A stretch of 64,000 nt of DNA from Gemmatimonadota bacterium. GTDB taxonomy: Bacteria > Latescibacterota > UBA2968. The notes beneath the pieces are model-generated. The model had not been told where the DNA came from. It ran no database searches and worked only from the letters and a program-made list of their open reading frames with translations. Made by a program: the position numbers and the translations under genes. Of the stretch, positions 27,800 through 37,703 are shown piece by piece; the first letter of the stretch is position 1, and the number at the start of each line of letters is the position of its first letter. The stretch lies in contig JAPPAB010000168.1 in assembly GCA_026705765.1 (NCBI GenBank), positions 56 through 64,055 of the forward strand, in the 5' to 3' direction.

Positions 27800-29350
27800 A
27801 TGTTTTTCAGGTGTTCTCGTTTCGCTTTTCTGATGGGACTGTTTCTGTCCAGGGATGCATTTGCACAGGAAGCTTTGGCTGGCGAGTCGTCTGGCGCGAT
27901 ACAGATGGTTATTGACGTATTGAATGCAGGCTTAAGTGCGATAACCAATTTTCTATCTTCGATTATATTTTTTGATTTTGGCCTGGGTATTCCACTCGTC
28001 ATTATTGTGCTCGTAAGTGGTGGCATTTATTACTCTTTTTATTGTCGCTGGATCTCTCTGCGCGGAATGAAACATTCGATTGATGTGATTCGCGGAGGGT
28101 ATGACAGTCCGGATCATCCCGGTGAAATTTCGCATTTTAAGGCATTGACCAGTGCGTTGTCTGCCACTGTGGGTCAGGGGAATATCGCGGGTGTAGCGAT
28201 TGCGGTGAGTTCTGGGGGACCTGGTGCTGTTTTCTGGATGATTGTCACAGCTTTTTTTGGTATGGCGTCCAAGTTTGTATCCTGTACTCTGTCGGTGATG
28301 TATAGAAGAATCCATCACGATGGTCGCGTGTCGGGTGGTCCGATGTACTATCTGGAACAGGGCTTAAAAGAAAAAGGACTTGGGATTTTGGGGCGCGTGA
28401 TGGCCGTGATTTTTGCCGTGTTGACAGTTGGCGGTTCTCTGGGCATCGGCAATATGTTTCAGGTGAATCAGACAGTTGAAATGCTCGGCACTGTATCTGA
28501 GGGATTTAAGACTTATAACTGGGTTGTCGGGATTTTAATGGCGGGGGTAGTGGGCATTGTCATTAGTGGAGGTATCAAGCGCATTGGCACTGTCGCAGCG
28601 AGCATTGTACCCTTCATGTGTGGGTTGTACGTGCTCACATCCTTTCTCATTATTCTCGCGCGTATTACCGAATTGCCCAATCTGATTGTGAATATCATTT
28701 CCCAGGCGTTTATACCTGAAGCCATGTATGGTGGCTTCATGGGAGCACTGGTTCAAGGGGTGCGCAGGGCGGCTTTTTCCAACGAAGCTGGGTTGGGTTC
28801 TGCGGCATTTGCCCATGCGGCAGCCAAAACCGATGAACCCGTGCGTCAGGGGATAGTGGCGATGATTGGACCATTTATTGACACCGTTATTATATGTTTA
28901 ATGACGGCATTGGTTTGTATGATTACGGGTGCGTATCAGTTGCCCGAGTTTCAAGGGCAAAGTGGATATCTCGTGGGTATCCAGATGACATCTGTGGCAT
29001 TTGATTCGTTCGCGCCCGGGTCGCGTTATGTCATCGCAATTGTGGCAATGTTCTTTGCCTATACGACGGTGATCGCGTGGGCATATTACGGCGAGCGAGC
29101 GTGGGAATATCTTTTTGGATTGCGATCTACTCTGACGTATCGAATTGTTTTTGTGTGCTTTGTATTTATCGGGTCTGTCACCGCGCTAAAGAGTGTGGTC
29201 GATTTTTCCGACGCGATGATTTTTGCAATGGCATTTCCGAATATTGTCGGCTGTATTATTATGTGTCCGCAGATCAAAGACAGGCTCAACGAATACTGGG
29301 GGCGCTACAAGGCGGGTGAGATAAAGGCGTATCCGAGGAACCCATATTGA
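27800..29350 (+). CDS. agcS: Sodium:alanine/glycine symporter (AGCS family)
   Basis: AGCS signature 'LSATVGQGNIAGVAIAVSSGGPGAVFWM'. GAGGAA RBS before the ATG at 27800. The in-frame read-through from 27617 is considered leader. Confidence 0.85.
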   Translation: MFFRCSRFAFLMGLFLSRDAFAQEALAGESSGAIQMVIDVLNAGLSAITNFLSSIIFFDFGLGIPLVIIVLVSGGIYYSFYCRWISLRGMKHSIDVIRGGYDSPDHPGEISHFKALTSALSATVGQGNIAGVAIAVSSGGPGAVFWMIVTAFFGMASKFVSCTLSVMYRRIHHDGRVSGGPMYYLEQGLKEKGLGILGRVMAVIFAVLTVGGSLGIGNMFQVNQTVEMLGTVSEGFKTYNWVVGILMAGVVGIVISGGIKRIGTVAASIVPFMCGLYVLTSFLIILARITELPNLIVNIISQAFIPEAMYGGFMGALVQGVRRAAFSNEAGLGSAAFAHAAAKTDEPVRQGIVAMIGPFIDTVIICLMTALVCMITGAYQLPEFQGQSGYLVGIQMTSVAFDSFAPGSRYVIAIVAMFFAYTTVIAWAYYGERAWEYLFGLRSTLTYRIVFVCFVFIGSVTALKSVVDFSDAMIFAMAFPNIVGCIIMCPQIKDRLNEYWGRYKAGEIKAYPRNPY

Positions 29351-29427
29351 TAACACTTATAAGACGGGCTGACCATCACAGGTGAACCCGTTTTGTGTGT
29401 ACTATAAAATAAGAATAAAAAAAAGAT

Positions 29428-29456
29428 TTGACTTTCGCATAGACAAGTAATATTTT
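29428..29456 (+). promoter_or_regulatory. Sigma-70-like promoter (TTGACT-17-TATTTT) with AT-rich UP-like tract upstream of the STAS gene
   Basis: Read directly. 17-nt spacer. Confidence 0.4.
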
Positions 29457-29598
29457 AGCTGAACTTCTCAATTCCCTGCAAGGAAACATCTCGCTATGGG
29501 GCGCAATGGCTCTTGACCGAATTGCGTGCGTTTGTTTTTTGCACGCGCCGTGCGGCAAGAGCTTTCGTAGATAATTTCACACATCAGGATACAGATCC

Positions 29599-29937
29599 AT
29601 GGAGATTAAAACCCAAAGAGAAAATGGCATTTTAATCGCGAACGTGAATGGCCGGGTTGATAGTGCCAATGCCCGCGAGTTCGAAAATGTATTAAGCTCT
29701 GCAATCAGTGACGACGACACATGCGTGATCGTAGATTTTGGGGGGCTTTCTTACATTAGTAGTTCGGGCCTGCGGGTCATTTTGCTGGTTGCCAAGTCAC
29801 TCCGGAATCGCAATGCGGAATTCGCGCTTTGCTCGCTTTCTGGTCCCATCGGAGAGGTCTTCAAAATCAGCGGATTTGACAAGATCATTTCGATCTACGA
29901 CTCACAGGCAGAGGCTTGCGCCGCTCTGGGCGGATAA
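29599..29937 (+). CDS. STAS-domain anti-sigma-factor antagonist (SpoIIAA/RsbV-like)
   Basis: 112 aa. Conserved phospho-Ser region '…GGLSYISSSGLRVIL…'. Confidence 0.8.
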   Translation: MEIKTQRENGILIANVNGRVDSANAREFENVLSSAISDDDTCVIVDFGGLSYISSSGLRVILLVAKSLRNRNAEFALCSLSGPIGEVFKISGFDKIISIYDSQAEACAALGG

Positions 29938-30379
29938 CCTGCTATGGCGTGTGCTCTCAAGCCATAGATGAGAGTTTTGGCGTATCTCGCCTGTTGCACA
30001 GACCGATTTAGCTCGCCAGGCTTACTGTGTGCTTTCTCCAATCGGGTTGCAAGCGCTATCAGACCCATCAATCCGATTTTCCTGTGTATCTGGTCCATAG
30101 ATCACTTTCCAGGGTATTTCTCATGCCCCGTATATCCGCTTTCAAAACCTCCCGAATACCAGCCAACCTTCTACCTGGTGTCGCGCAGTTTGTCATTACA
30201 AAATGATCGGTCTGGCATTTATCTACTTTAGTAACTCTCCCCGGAACCCTTTCCACACAAGTGAGTAAAAAAGATAGGTCCATTAAGCGAGGACTTTTGC
30301 TATCGCAACCATTGTGCTCCGATCAAAGAATGCTTAACATTGGTATAAGTAAAACACCATTAATCAAAGAGGCGCATAT

Positions 30380-31549
30380 ATGAAAAAGGCGCAATACAAA
30401 ATACTCGTGGTTGATGACGAACCCGATCTCGAACATCTCGTGCGACAGCGCATGCGGCGCGATGTTCGCGCCGGACACTACGAATTCGTCTTTGCCTACA
30501 ACGGCATTGAGGCTCTCGAGGTGCTGAACGCGGATCCGGATATCGATATGGTGCTTTCGGACATCAATATGCCGCGGATGGATGGTCTCACACTGCTCGA
30601 ACAGATGTCGCAAGTCGATCCCGACCTCCGGGCTGTCATTGTCTCGGCTTATGGCGATATGAAAAATATCCGTACGGCCATGAATCGAGGGGCATTCGAC
30701 TTTGTTACCAAGCCCATTGATTTTCAGGATCTGAGGGTCACGATTGAGCGCACTTTGGAACACCTGCAGATGTGGCGCGAGGCTGTGGCTTCGCGGGATA
30801 AGTTGGTGGCACTGCAAAACGAGCTTCGCGTTGCCCATGAGATGCAGCAGTCGATCCTGCCGAAGATCTTTCCCAACAAACCGGGCTATCAGCTATTTGG
30901 AAACATGGAGCCTGCACGCGAAGTGGGCGGTGACTTTTTTGATATTATCAATCTGGAAAATGACTGTGTCGGTCTGGCAATTGCCGATGTTTCCGATAAG
31001 GGTGTACCGGCTGCTCTATTCATGATGTCCAGTCGCACGTTGATGAAAGGAGCCGCAATTGGCAGATCAAGTCCGGCCGAGGTGTTGAGCGAGGTCAATA
31101 ATCTCCTGCAGGAAGACAACGACGCAGCGATGTTTGTCACCGTGTTTTACGCCGAATACAATCCGGGGAGTGGGGTGCTGTCGTACGCCAACGGAGGGCA
31201 CAATCCCCCGATTGTCGTCCATGCAGATGGCAGCTCGACTGTGCTCCCCCAGACCAACGGAATTGCTCTGGGTATCATGCCAGATATTGAATACGAACAA
31301 AACTCAGTCACTCTGTCGCCTGGCGATGCCCTCGTGCTCTACACAGATGGTGTTACGGAAGCGATGAATGCCCAGAATGAGGAGTTTGAGATGGAGCGCT
31401 TGTGTGCCGTATTGTCCGAACATTGTTCGTGTGATGTCCGCGAAATTAATCAGGCGGTTTTTCAAGCTGTGCAGGCATTTGCGGGTGATATGCCCCAGTT
31501 TGACGATATGACTTGTATGACACTTTTTTGCAGAGAGATAGGAATATGA
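30380..31549 (+). CDS. Response-regulator receiver fused to PP2C (SpoIIE/RsbU-type) phosphatase
   Basis: REC motifs 'ILVVDDEP…' and 'VLSDINMPRMDG' (phospho-Asp). PP2C metal-binding blocks 'GGDFFD', 'ADVSDKGVPAA', 'DGVTEA'. Confidence 0.85.
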   Translation: MKKAQYKILVVDDEPDLEHLVRQRMRRDVRAGHYEFVFAYNGIEALEVLNADPDIDMVLSDINMPRMDGLTLLEQMSQVDPDLRAVIVSAYGDMKNIRTAMNRGAFDFVTKPIDFQDLRVTIERTLEHLQMWREAVASRDKLVALQNELRVAHEMQQSILPKIFPNKPGYQLFGNMEPAREVGGDFFDIINLENDCVGLAIADVSDKGVPAALFMMSSRTLMKGAAIGRSSPAEVLSEVNNLLQEDNDAAMFVTVFYAEYNPGSGVLSYANGGHNPPIVVHADGSSTVLPQTNGIALGIMPDIEYEQNSVTLSPGDALVLYTDGVTEAMNAQNEEFEMERLCAVLSEHCSCDVREINQAVFQAVQAFAGDMPQFDDMTCMTLFCREIGI

Positions 31550-31968
31550 AGGTGAAACGTTCTCTATGTATTGCGTCGGATCTCAACGAGTTGGAGCGGC
31601 TCCACGATGCCGTGGCAGAACTCGGCGAGGCGGGGGATTGGCCCCCCGATCTCGTGTACCAGGTTGATCTCGTTCTCGAAGAATTGATCGTCAATACTGT
31701 GAACTACGGATACGACGACGATGCACGCCACGAGATTGAGGTCACGCTGACCTCGGATGAGGATGTCTTCACCGTTGAGATTATAGACGATGGACATGCC
31801 TTTAATCCACTGAGTGACGCTCCCGAACCGGATCTGGACGCGGGGATAGAAGATCGGCCGATAGGGGGGCTTGGCATCCATCTGATGCGCGTTATGATGG
31901 ACGATGTACACTATCGCCGCGAGCAGAATAAGAATCATCTTACTCTGATTAAGCGGAGGAATGGATGA
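31546..31968 (+). CDS. HATPase-type anti-sigma factor / serine kinase (RsbW/SpoIIAB-like)
   Basis: '…LEELIVNTVNYGY…EIIDDGHAFNP…GGLGIHLMRVMMDDV' N/G1/G2 boxes. ATGA overlap with the upstream phosphatase gene. Confidence 0.7.
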   Translation: MKVKRSLCIASDLNELERLHDAVAELGEAGDWPPDLVYQVDLVLEELIVNTVNYGYDDDARHEIEVTLTSDEDVFTVEIIDDGHAFNPLSDAPEPDLDAGIEDRPIGGLGIHLMRVMMDDVHYRREQNKNHLTLIKRRNG

Positions 31969-33137
31969 GGAGAACGCGCTACATTTGTGCGGTTTTATTA
32001 CTCGTCTTGCTGATTGTAGAAATCCGCGCGGAAGAATCTGGAATTTCTGACGAGCGCATCCTTTTTGGGCAGTCCGCCGCCTTTAGTGGCCCCGCTCAAG
32101 AATTGGGCAAGGACATGCGGATTGGTATTGAGGCAGCTTTTCAGGAGGCCAACGCTCGGGGCGGTGTGCATGGTCGGCAACTCACGTTGTTGTCTCTCGA
32201 CGATGCATACGAACCCGAAGCTGCTATCGCCAATACCCGTCGTCTGATTGAACAGGAAGGGGTTTTCGCGCTGATCGGTGCTGTCGGTACGCCTACATCG
32301 CTCTCTGCCACCCCTGTGGCCGCAGCTGCTGACGTCCCCTACATCGCCCCCTTTACCGGTGCGGCCTTCCTGCGTGAGGCCAGGTGGCAAAACGTGATTA
32401 ACCTGCGGGCGTCTTATAACCAGGAGACTGAGGCTATGGTTGCTCGTTTGACCACAGACCTGGGTATTAAACGCATTGCTGTTATGTACCAGGATGACTC
32501 TTTTGGTCGGGCGGGTTATCGCGGCGTGCGGCAGGCACTTGAGCGGCGTAGCATGGCCCCGGTGGCAATAGGGGTGTACCAGCGCAATACCACGGCGGTG
32601 AAGACAGGTCTGCTCAACCTGCATAGTGCAAATCCCGATGCAGTCATCTTGATAGGGGCCTACCGGCCGGTGGCAACGCTGATTGCCTGGGCGCGACACA
32701 TAGGGCTGGATCCCGTATTCATGACCATCTCTTTTGTGGGCAGCAATGCGTTGGCGAGGGAACTCGGTCGCGGTGGTGCTGGGGTCTTCGTTACTCAGGT
32801 CGTACCTTTTCCAACCGATAACACGCTCCCCGTTGGTCTTGCCTATCGCCGTGCCCTAACGGCACACGCCCCCGAAGCGACTCCTGGTTTTGTCTCCTAC
32901 GAAGGCTATTTGGCGGGGCGATTGGCTATCGCCGCTCTCGAACGCTGTGGCAGAGAGGTTGACCGCGTTGGGTTTCTCAAGAATTTACGCGGTACAGATA
33001 CTATTGATCTGGACGGCTTTGAACTTCGCTATGGCGCAAATGACAATCAGGGTTCAGACGCTGTCTTTCTCACCGTGATTGGTAGCGATGGCAGTTATCG
33101 ATCTATCGACTCGTTGCGGGACGCAATAAATCCATGA
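31965..33137 (+). CDS. Periplasmic substrate-binding protein, type-1 PBP (LivK/branched-chain-amino-acid-binding-like)
   Basis: Signal peptide then '…ILFGQSAAFSGPAQELGKDMRIGIEAAFQEANARGGVHGRQL…'. 4-nt overlaps on both sides. Confidence 0.8.
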   Translation: MRRTRYICAVLLLVLLIVEIRAEESGISDERILFGQSAAFSGPAQELGKDMRIGIEAAFQEANARGGVHGRQLTLLSLDDAYEPEAAIANTRRLIEQEGVFALIGAVGTPTSLSATPVAAAADVPYIAPFTGAAFLREARWQNVINLRASYNQETEAMVARLTTDLGIKRIAVMYQDDSFGRAGYRGVRQALERRSMAPVAIGVYQRNTTAVKTGLLNLHSANPDAVILIGAYRPVATLIAWARHIGLDPVFMTISFVGSNALARELGRGGAGVFVTQVVPFPTDNTLPVGLAYRRALTAHAPEATPGFVSYEGYLAGRLAIAALERCGREVDRVGFLKNLRGTDTIDLDGFELRYGANDNQGSDAVFLTVIGSDGSYRSIDSLRDAINP

Positions 33138-35296
33138 CTGACATACTAAAACACTTGCTTGAAGGCCGCTACCGAATCTCGACGCAACTCTATTTGGGTA
33201 TTGGCGGTGCTGTTGTCCTCACTATGGGGGCGAGTCTGGTTGCCTGGTTTTCCTTCAACAGCGTGGGTGACGCGCAAAGTCGCGTGAATGAAGGCAGTGT
33301 GCCCGGGATGGCAGCCGCATTTGGAGTCGCTCAACAAAGCGGTGCCATTGTAGCCGCAGCACCGCGTCTCATCGCTGCTGCAACGCCAGAGACATTTGAT
33401 CAGGTTATTGCCGAGATCGCCACAGAGCGAAACACTTTTGAAGCGCAGTTGGCGGCTCTGACGCAGCGAGGTGAAGAAGAGGAACGCTTTAGTCGCATTC
33501 GCGCCCAGGGTGGTACTCTGATCTCAAATATCGAAGAAATTGAATGCTCCATGGCCGAGCTTTTTGTGCTACAAGAACGGAGTGAAGCCCTGCGTGGAGA
33601 ACTTGCCGAATTGCGCAATGATCTGGTTGGTGTCATGGTTCCGCTTATTGACGATCAGTTATTCTACGCTATGACGGGGTATCGCAATCTCGGCGAAGCA
33701 CCCGCGTCGCCTGCGCAGCATTTGTCGAGAAAAGAGTTCGACCACTATCGCCATCTGGCTGCATTACAAGCAGACGCCACCACAGCAATCCAGCTTCTAT
33801 CGAGTGCTTTCAATCTTTCAGATGCGCCCTTGATTGAGCCATTGCGGGAGCGATTTGAGGCTGCTAAAGACAGGATTGAATGGAGTTTGTCGGCACTCGG
33901 AACGGCCAGCGCGCGTAGTCAGATCGCTCCGATATGTGCCCGCCTGTACCAGTTGGGACTGGAAGAGCAAGGGGGCTTTGACCTGCGTACACGAGAACTC
34001 GAGCAGGTCGCACATCAGCGGGACCTGCTCGCACGCAATCAGGCTCTTGCCCTTAATCTGGTCGCCGAAGCCGAAGGGCTGGTAAATGCTGCCCGCATAA
34101 GTGCGAAGGAAGCTACCCACGCTTCCACACTGGCCATCGGCACCGGGCGCAGTCTTCTGTTGGTTTTGAATGTGATCAGCATTACTGGCGCATTGTTGAT
34201 TGCCTATGTATTCGTGGGACGAATGCTATTGCCCCGTCTCGAGCGACTATCTGAGCGGATGCGCCGCATGGCTGACGGCGATCTGGAGGGCAAGGTCGAT
34301 ATCGGTGGAAACGACGAGGTGGCAGACATGGCTGCAGCCCTTGAAGTCTTTCGCCGCCATGCTCTGGAGGTGCAGCGCCTGAATCTGGTGGAAAAACTGG
34401 CTGAAGAGTTGCAATCTAAGAATGCAGAGCTCGAAAAAGTGCTGGAGGATTTGCAGGTGGCGCAGGATCAGATTGTCATGCGCGAGAAATTGGCCGCGCT
34501 CGGCGAACTCACGGCAGGTGTGGCGCACGAGATTAAGAATCCGCTGAATTTTGTGAAGAACTTTTCAGAATCGTCGGAAGAGCTAATGGAGGAATTGGTG
34601 GAGGTACTGGACGAAAATCCCGAAGCACTGAGCGAGGAGCAGCGCGAATTGGTCGATGAGATATGCCAGGACCTCACCGACAATATGGGGCGCATCCTCC
34701 AACACGGCACCCGCGCCGACCGCATTGTTCACGATATGCTCATGATGGGGCGCGGCTCTGGTGAGAGACAGGCCATTGAAATCAATAATCTGCTCGATGA
34801 ACACGCTCGCCTTGCCTACCACAGCGCACGGGCGACTGACGCGGATTTCAACTTGACTATTGAGACGGATTTCGATCCAGATGCGGGGCAAATCGAAGTT
34901 GTTCCGCAGGATTTGGGGCGCGTCTTTCTCAACATGGTAGGCAATGCCTGTTATGCTACCGACGAGAAACGTCGTGCGATCGAAGCAGATAATGGTGAGA
35001 CCTTTTTTCCGACTCTGTCGCTGAGTACCAGGCGCATGGATGATCGGATAGAGATAAGCATAAAAGATAATGGGAATGGGATTCCGCCCGAGGTTGTCGA
35101 TAAAATTTTTAATCCTTTCTTTACCACCAAGCCGACAGACAAGGGCACGGGGCTTGGCCTTGCCCTTTCCAACGATATTGTGCGCGAACACGGGGGAAAT
35201 ATCCGGGTTGTATCCGAACCTGGTGAATTTACAGAGATGATAGTTGAATTGCCTTTGGTGCCGCCCGCGGTGACGACTGAAGAGGTAGAGAGATAG
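33134..35296 (+). CDS. Sensor histidine kinase (periplasmic sensor, 2 TM, HAMP, HisKA, HATPase)
   Basis: H-box 'GVAHEIKNPLNFV', N/G boxes 'NACYAT…', 'GTGLGLA'. HAMP after the second TM. Confidence 0.85.
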   Translation: MTDILKHLLEGRYRISTQLYLGIGGAVVLTMGASLVAWFSFNSVGDAQSRVNEGSVPGMAAAFGVAQQSGAIVAAAPRLIAAATPETFDQVIAEIATERNTFEAQLAALTQRGEEEERFSRIRAQGGTLISNIEEIECSMAELFVLQERSEALRGELAELRNDLVGVMVPLIDDQLFYAMTGYRNLGEAPASPAQHLSRKEFDHYRHLAALQADATTAIQLLSSAFNLSDAPLIEPLRERFEAAKDRIEWSLSALGTASARSQIAPICARLYQLGLEEQGGFDLRTRELEQVAHQRDLLARNQALALNLVAEAEGLVNAARISAKEATHASTLAIGTGRSLLLVLNVISITGALLIAYVFVGRMLLPRLERLSERMRRMADGDLEGKVDIGGNDEVADMAAALEVFRRHALEVQRLNLVEKLAEELQSKNAELEKVLEDLQVAQDQIVMREKLAALGELTAGVAHEIKNPLNFVKNFSESSEELMEELVEVLDENPEALSEEQRELVDEICQDLTDNMGRILQHGTRADRIVHDMLMMGRGSGERQAIEINNLLDEHARLAYHSARATDADFNLTIETDFDPDAGQIEVVPQDLGRVFLNMVGNACYATDEKRRAIEADNGETFFPTLSLSTRRMDDRIEISIKDNGNGIPPEVVDKIFNPFFTTKPTDKGTGLGLALSNDIVREHGGNIRVVSEPGEFTEMIVELPLVPPAVTTEEVER

Positions 35297-35340
35297 AAGG
35301 GAGTGGCGGCACTGTTCCATCATTATGGGAGGGAATATCC

Positions 35341-36723
35341 ATGCGGACGTTTTTAAAAACCCTTATTCATCACCGGTTCACCAACCGGGTGGGAAAAGTA
35401 CTCGCGGTGCTCGGGTTCCTTGCGTGTGCCACAACCGCCGCGCATGCAGCGGTTGACGAGGAAACGCTGTTCGTCTTCAACACTTTTTCATTCCTCATTT
35501 GGGGCGCGCTGGTGATGTGGATGTGCGCGGGATTTACCATGCTCGAGTCCGGGTCTGTGCGCACCAAGAATGCCTCCATGATCTGCCTGAAGAATATCGG
35601 ACTCTATTCCATTGCCGGGCTTGCCTACTATTTCATCGGCTATAATCTCATGTACGTCGATGTGGGGAGTGTGATCGGTTCATTCAAATTCTTATATGGA
35701 CCATCTGGTGATGAGATTGCTTTGCTGGGGGGACAGGAGGCCGCGAAGGCGGCTGTGGTTAAGAACGGCTATTCCACCATGTCCAACTGGTTTTTCCAGA
35801 TGGTCTTTGTTGCGACCACTGCTTCTATTGTCTCTGGGGCCCTGGCCGAACGGGTCAAGCTGTGGTCCTTTTTACTTTTTATTCTGGTGATGACAGGGAT
35901 TATCTATCCCATCGTCGGTGCGTGGACCTGGGGCGAGGGATGGCTGAGTGCGATGGGTTTCAAGGATTTTGCTGGTTCGACCATCGTGCATAGCACCGGC
36001 GGTTGGGCGGCTCTTGCCGGTGCGATAGTCGTTGGACCGAGGTTAGGCAAATTCCGCAGCGATGGTACGGTTAAATCCACGCCACCATCCAATATTCTTG
36101 TGGTGACGCTGGGTGTCTTTATTCTGTGGTTCGGATGGTTTGGTTTCAATGGCGGATCGCAACTGGCATTGGGAAGCGCGCTTGACGCGGTCGCGATGAG
36201 TCATGTGCTGGTCAATACCAATCTGGCGGCCGCAGCCGGTGTTATGGCAGCTCTTTTAGTTTCTCGACCCATCCTGGGGCGCATAGATCTGTTCGCCGGT
36301 CTAAATGGCGCAATCGCCGGTCTGGTGTCGATTACCGCGGGACCCGATATTGTCGATCACTACTGGTCGGTCATTATCGGTGCTATTGGCGCAGTTGTGT
36401 GTACTGCCGGGATCAAGCTTCTGGAAAAAATCAAGCTGGATGATGTGGTGGGAGCAATACCGGCTCACCTGTTTGCCGGTATCTGGGGCACCATCGCAGT
36501 CTGCATTGCTGGCGGTGGCAATTTAGGCGTACAATTGATCGGCATCGCAGCAATTGGCGCATTCGTGTTTGTGACCTCGTGGGTGTTGTGGCGCGTGCTT
36601 GCGATGACGTTGAGTGTGCGCGTGTCGCGCCAGGTTGAGCAATTGGGTCAGGATGTTGGGGAATTGGGAATTGACGCCTATCCCGAATTTGTGCTTATGC
36701 CAGAAGAAGATGATGAGGAATAA
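35341..36723 (+). CDS. amt: Ammonium transporter
   Basis: Signal peptide plus Amt signature regions. 460 aa. Confidence 0.9.
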   Translation: MRTFLKTLIHHRFTNRVGKVLAVLGFLACATTAAHAAVDEETLFVFNTFSFLIWGALVMWMCAGFTMLESGSVRTKNASMICLKNIGLYSIAGLAYYFIGYNLMYVDVGSVIGSFKFLYGPSGDEIALLGGQEAAKAAVVKNGYSTMSNWFFQMVFVATTASIVSGALAERVKLWSFLLFILVMTGIIYPIVGAWTWGEGWLSAMGFKDFAGSTIVHSTGGWAALAGAIVVGPRLGKFRSDGTVKSTPPSNILVVTLGVFILWFGWFGFNGGSQLALGSALDAVAMSHVLVNTNLAAAAGVMAALLVSRPILGRIDLFAGLNGAIAGLVSITAGPDIVDHYWSVIIGAIGAVVCTAGIKLLEKIKLDDVVGAIPAHLFAGIWGTIAVCIAGGGNLGVQLIGIAAIGAFVFVTSWVLWRVLAMTLSVRVSRQVEQLGQDVGELGIDAYPEFVLMPEEDDEE

Positions 36724-37703
36724 GCGTCGGTAAGAATTTTCTGCATATCCCCTGGGGGGCGTGCTTCAAACATCATTTCTTCTTTTGTTACGGGATGCAC
36801 AAATTTCAAATGCGTCGCGTGGAGCATCTGTCGATTAGTCTGTGCGAGTAGCCGGGTTGCTCTCCTGCGAAACAGGGGGGCAATCCCAGATAGCCGTTCC
36901 TCGCGGCCACCGTATAGCGGATCGCCAAATACAGGGCGATTGAGGTGTGCCAGATGCACTCTGATCTGGTGGGTGCGACCCGTCTCCAGCGCGAGTGATA
37001 GCAAAGAGAGAAAATCGTAACGCGTTCTTATTTTCCAGCGCGTTGTTGCATATCTGCCATTCTGAGAAACAGCCATTCGCTTTCGATCTTTTGGATGTCT
37101 TCCAATTGGTGCTTCTATGCGCCCCTCATCTGCTTCAAAGCCCCCCCATATCAACGCGAGATAACGCCGCTCCATTGCTCGAGTTTCCAACTGGGCAGCC
37201 AATCCGCGGTGCCCTTCATCACTTTTGGCGACGACCATCAGCCCCGATGTGTCTTTGTCCAGCCGATGCACAATACCCGGTCGCAAAACCCCATTGATAC
37301 CCGATAAATGCGTGCAATGTGACAGGAGGGCATTGACGAGTGTTCCCGATGTTACGCTCCCTGCCGGGTGTACTATCATACCCGCAGGTTTGTCGAGTAC
37401 CAGCACATGATCGTCTTCAAAAAAAATATCCAGAGGTAGATCCTCTGGATTAATTGTGCTCTCTATTGGAGGGGGTATATCTATTGTGATGCTATCGCCA
37501 GCGACCAGTCGATAGCTCGACCGCGTCGTCTTTCCATTGATGCATACAGCACCCTCGACAATTAGCTTTTGAAGGCGTGAACGCGAAAATTCTGGGCGTT
37601 GATCGGCCAAATAGCGGTCCAGACGCTGGCCTTTATGTTGGGGCAGAATTTTTAGATGAATCACGGTTGTACACCGTCTTGCGGTGTTTCGATGTGATGC
37701 CAA
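36678..37703 (-). CDS. rluD: RluA/RluD-family 23S rRNA pseudouridine synthase
   Basis: S4 domain plus catalytic 'HRLDKDTSG'. The annotated N-terminus overlaps lspA by ~70 nt, so the true start is probably a downstream GTG/TTG. Confidence 0.8.
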   Translation of the reverse strand: MASHRNTARRCTTVIHLKILPQHKGQRLDRYLADQRPEFSRSRLQKLIVEGAVCINGKTTRSSYRLVAGDSITIDIPPPIESTINPEDLPLDIFFEDDHVLVLDKPAGMIVHPAGSVTSGTLVNALLSHCTHLSGINGVLRPGIVHRLDKDTSGLMVVAKSDEGHRGLAAQLETRAMERRYLALIWGGFEADEGRIEAPIGRHPKDRKRMAVSQNGRYATTRWKIRTRYDFLSLLSLALETGRTHQIRVHLAHLNRPVFGDPLYGGREERLSGIAPLFRRRATRLLAQTNRQMLHATHLKFVHPVTKEEMMFEARPPGDMQKILTDAYSSSSSSGISTNSG

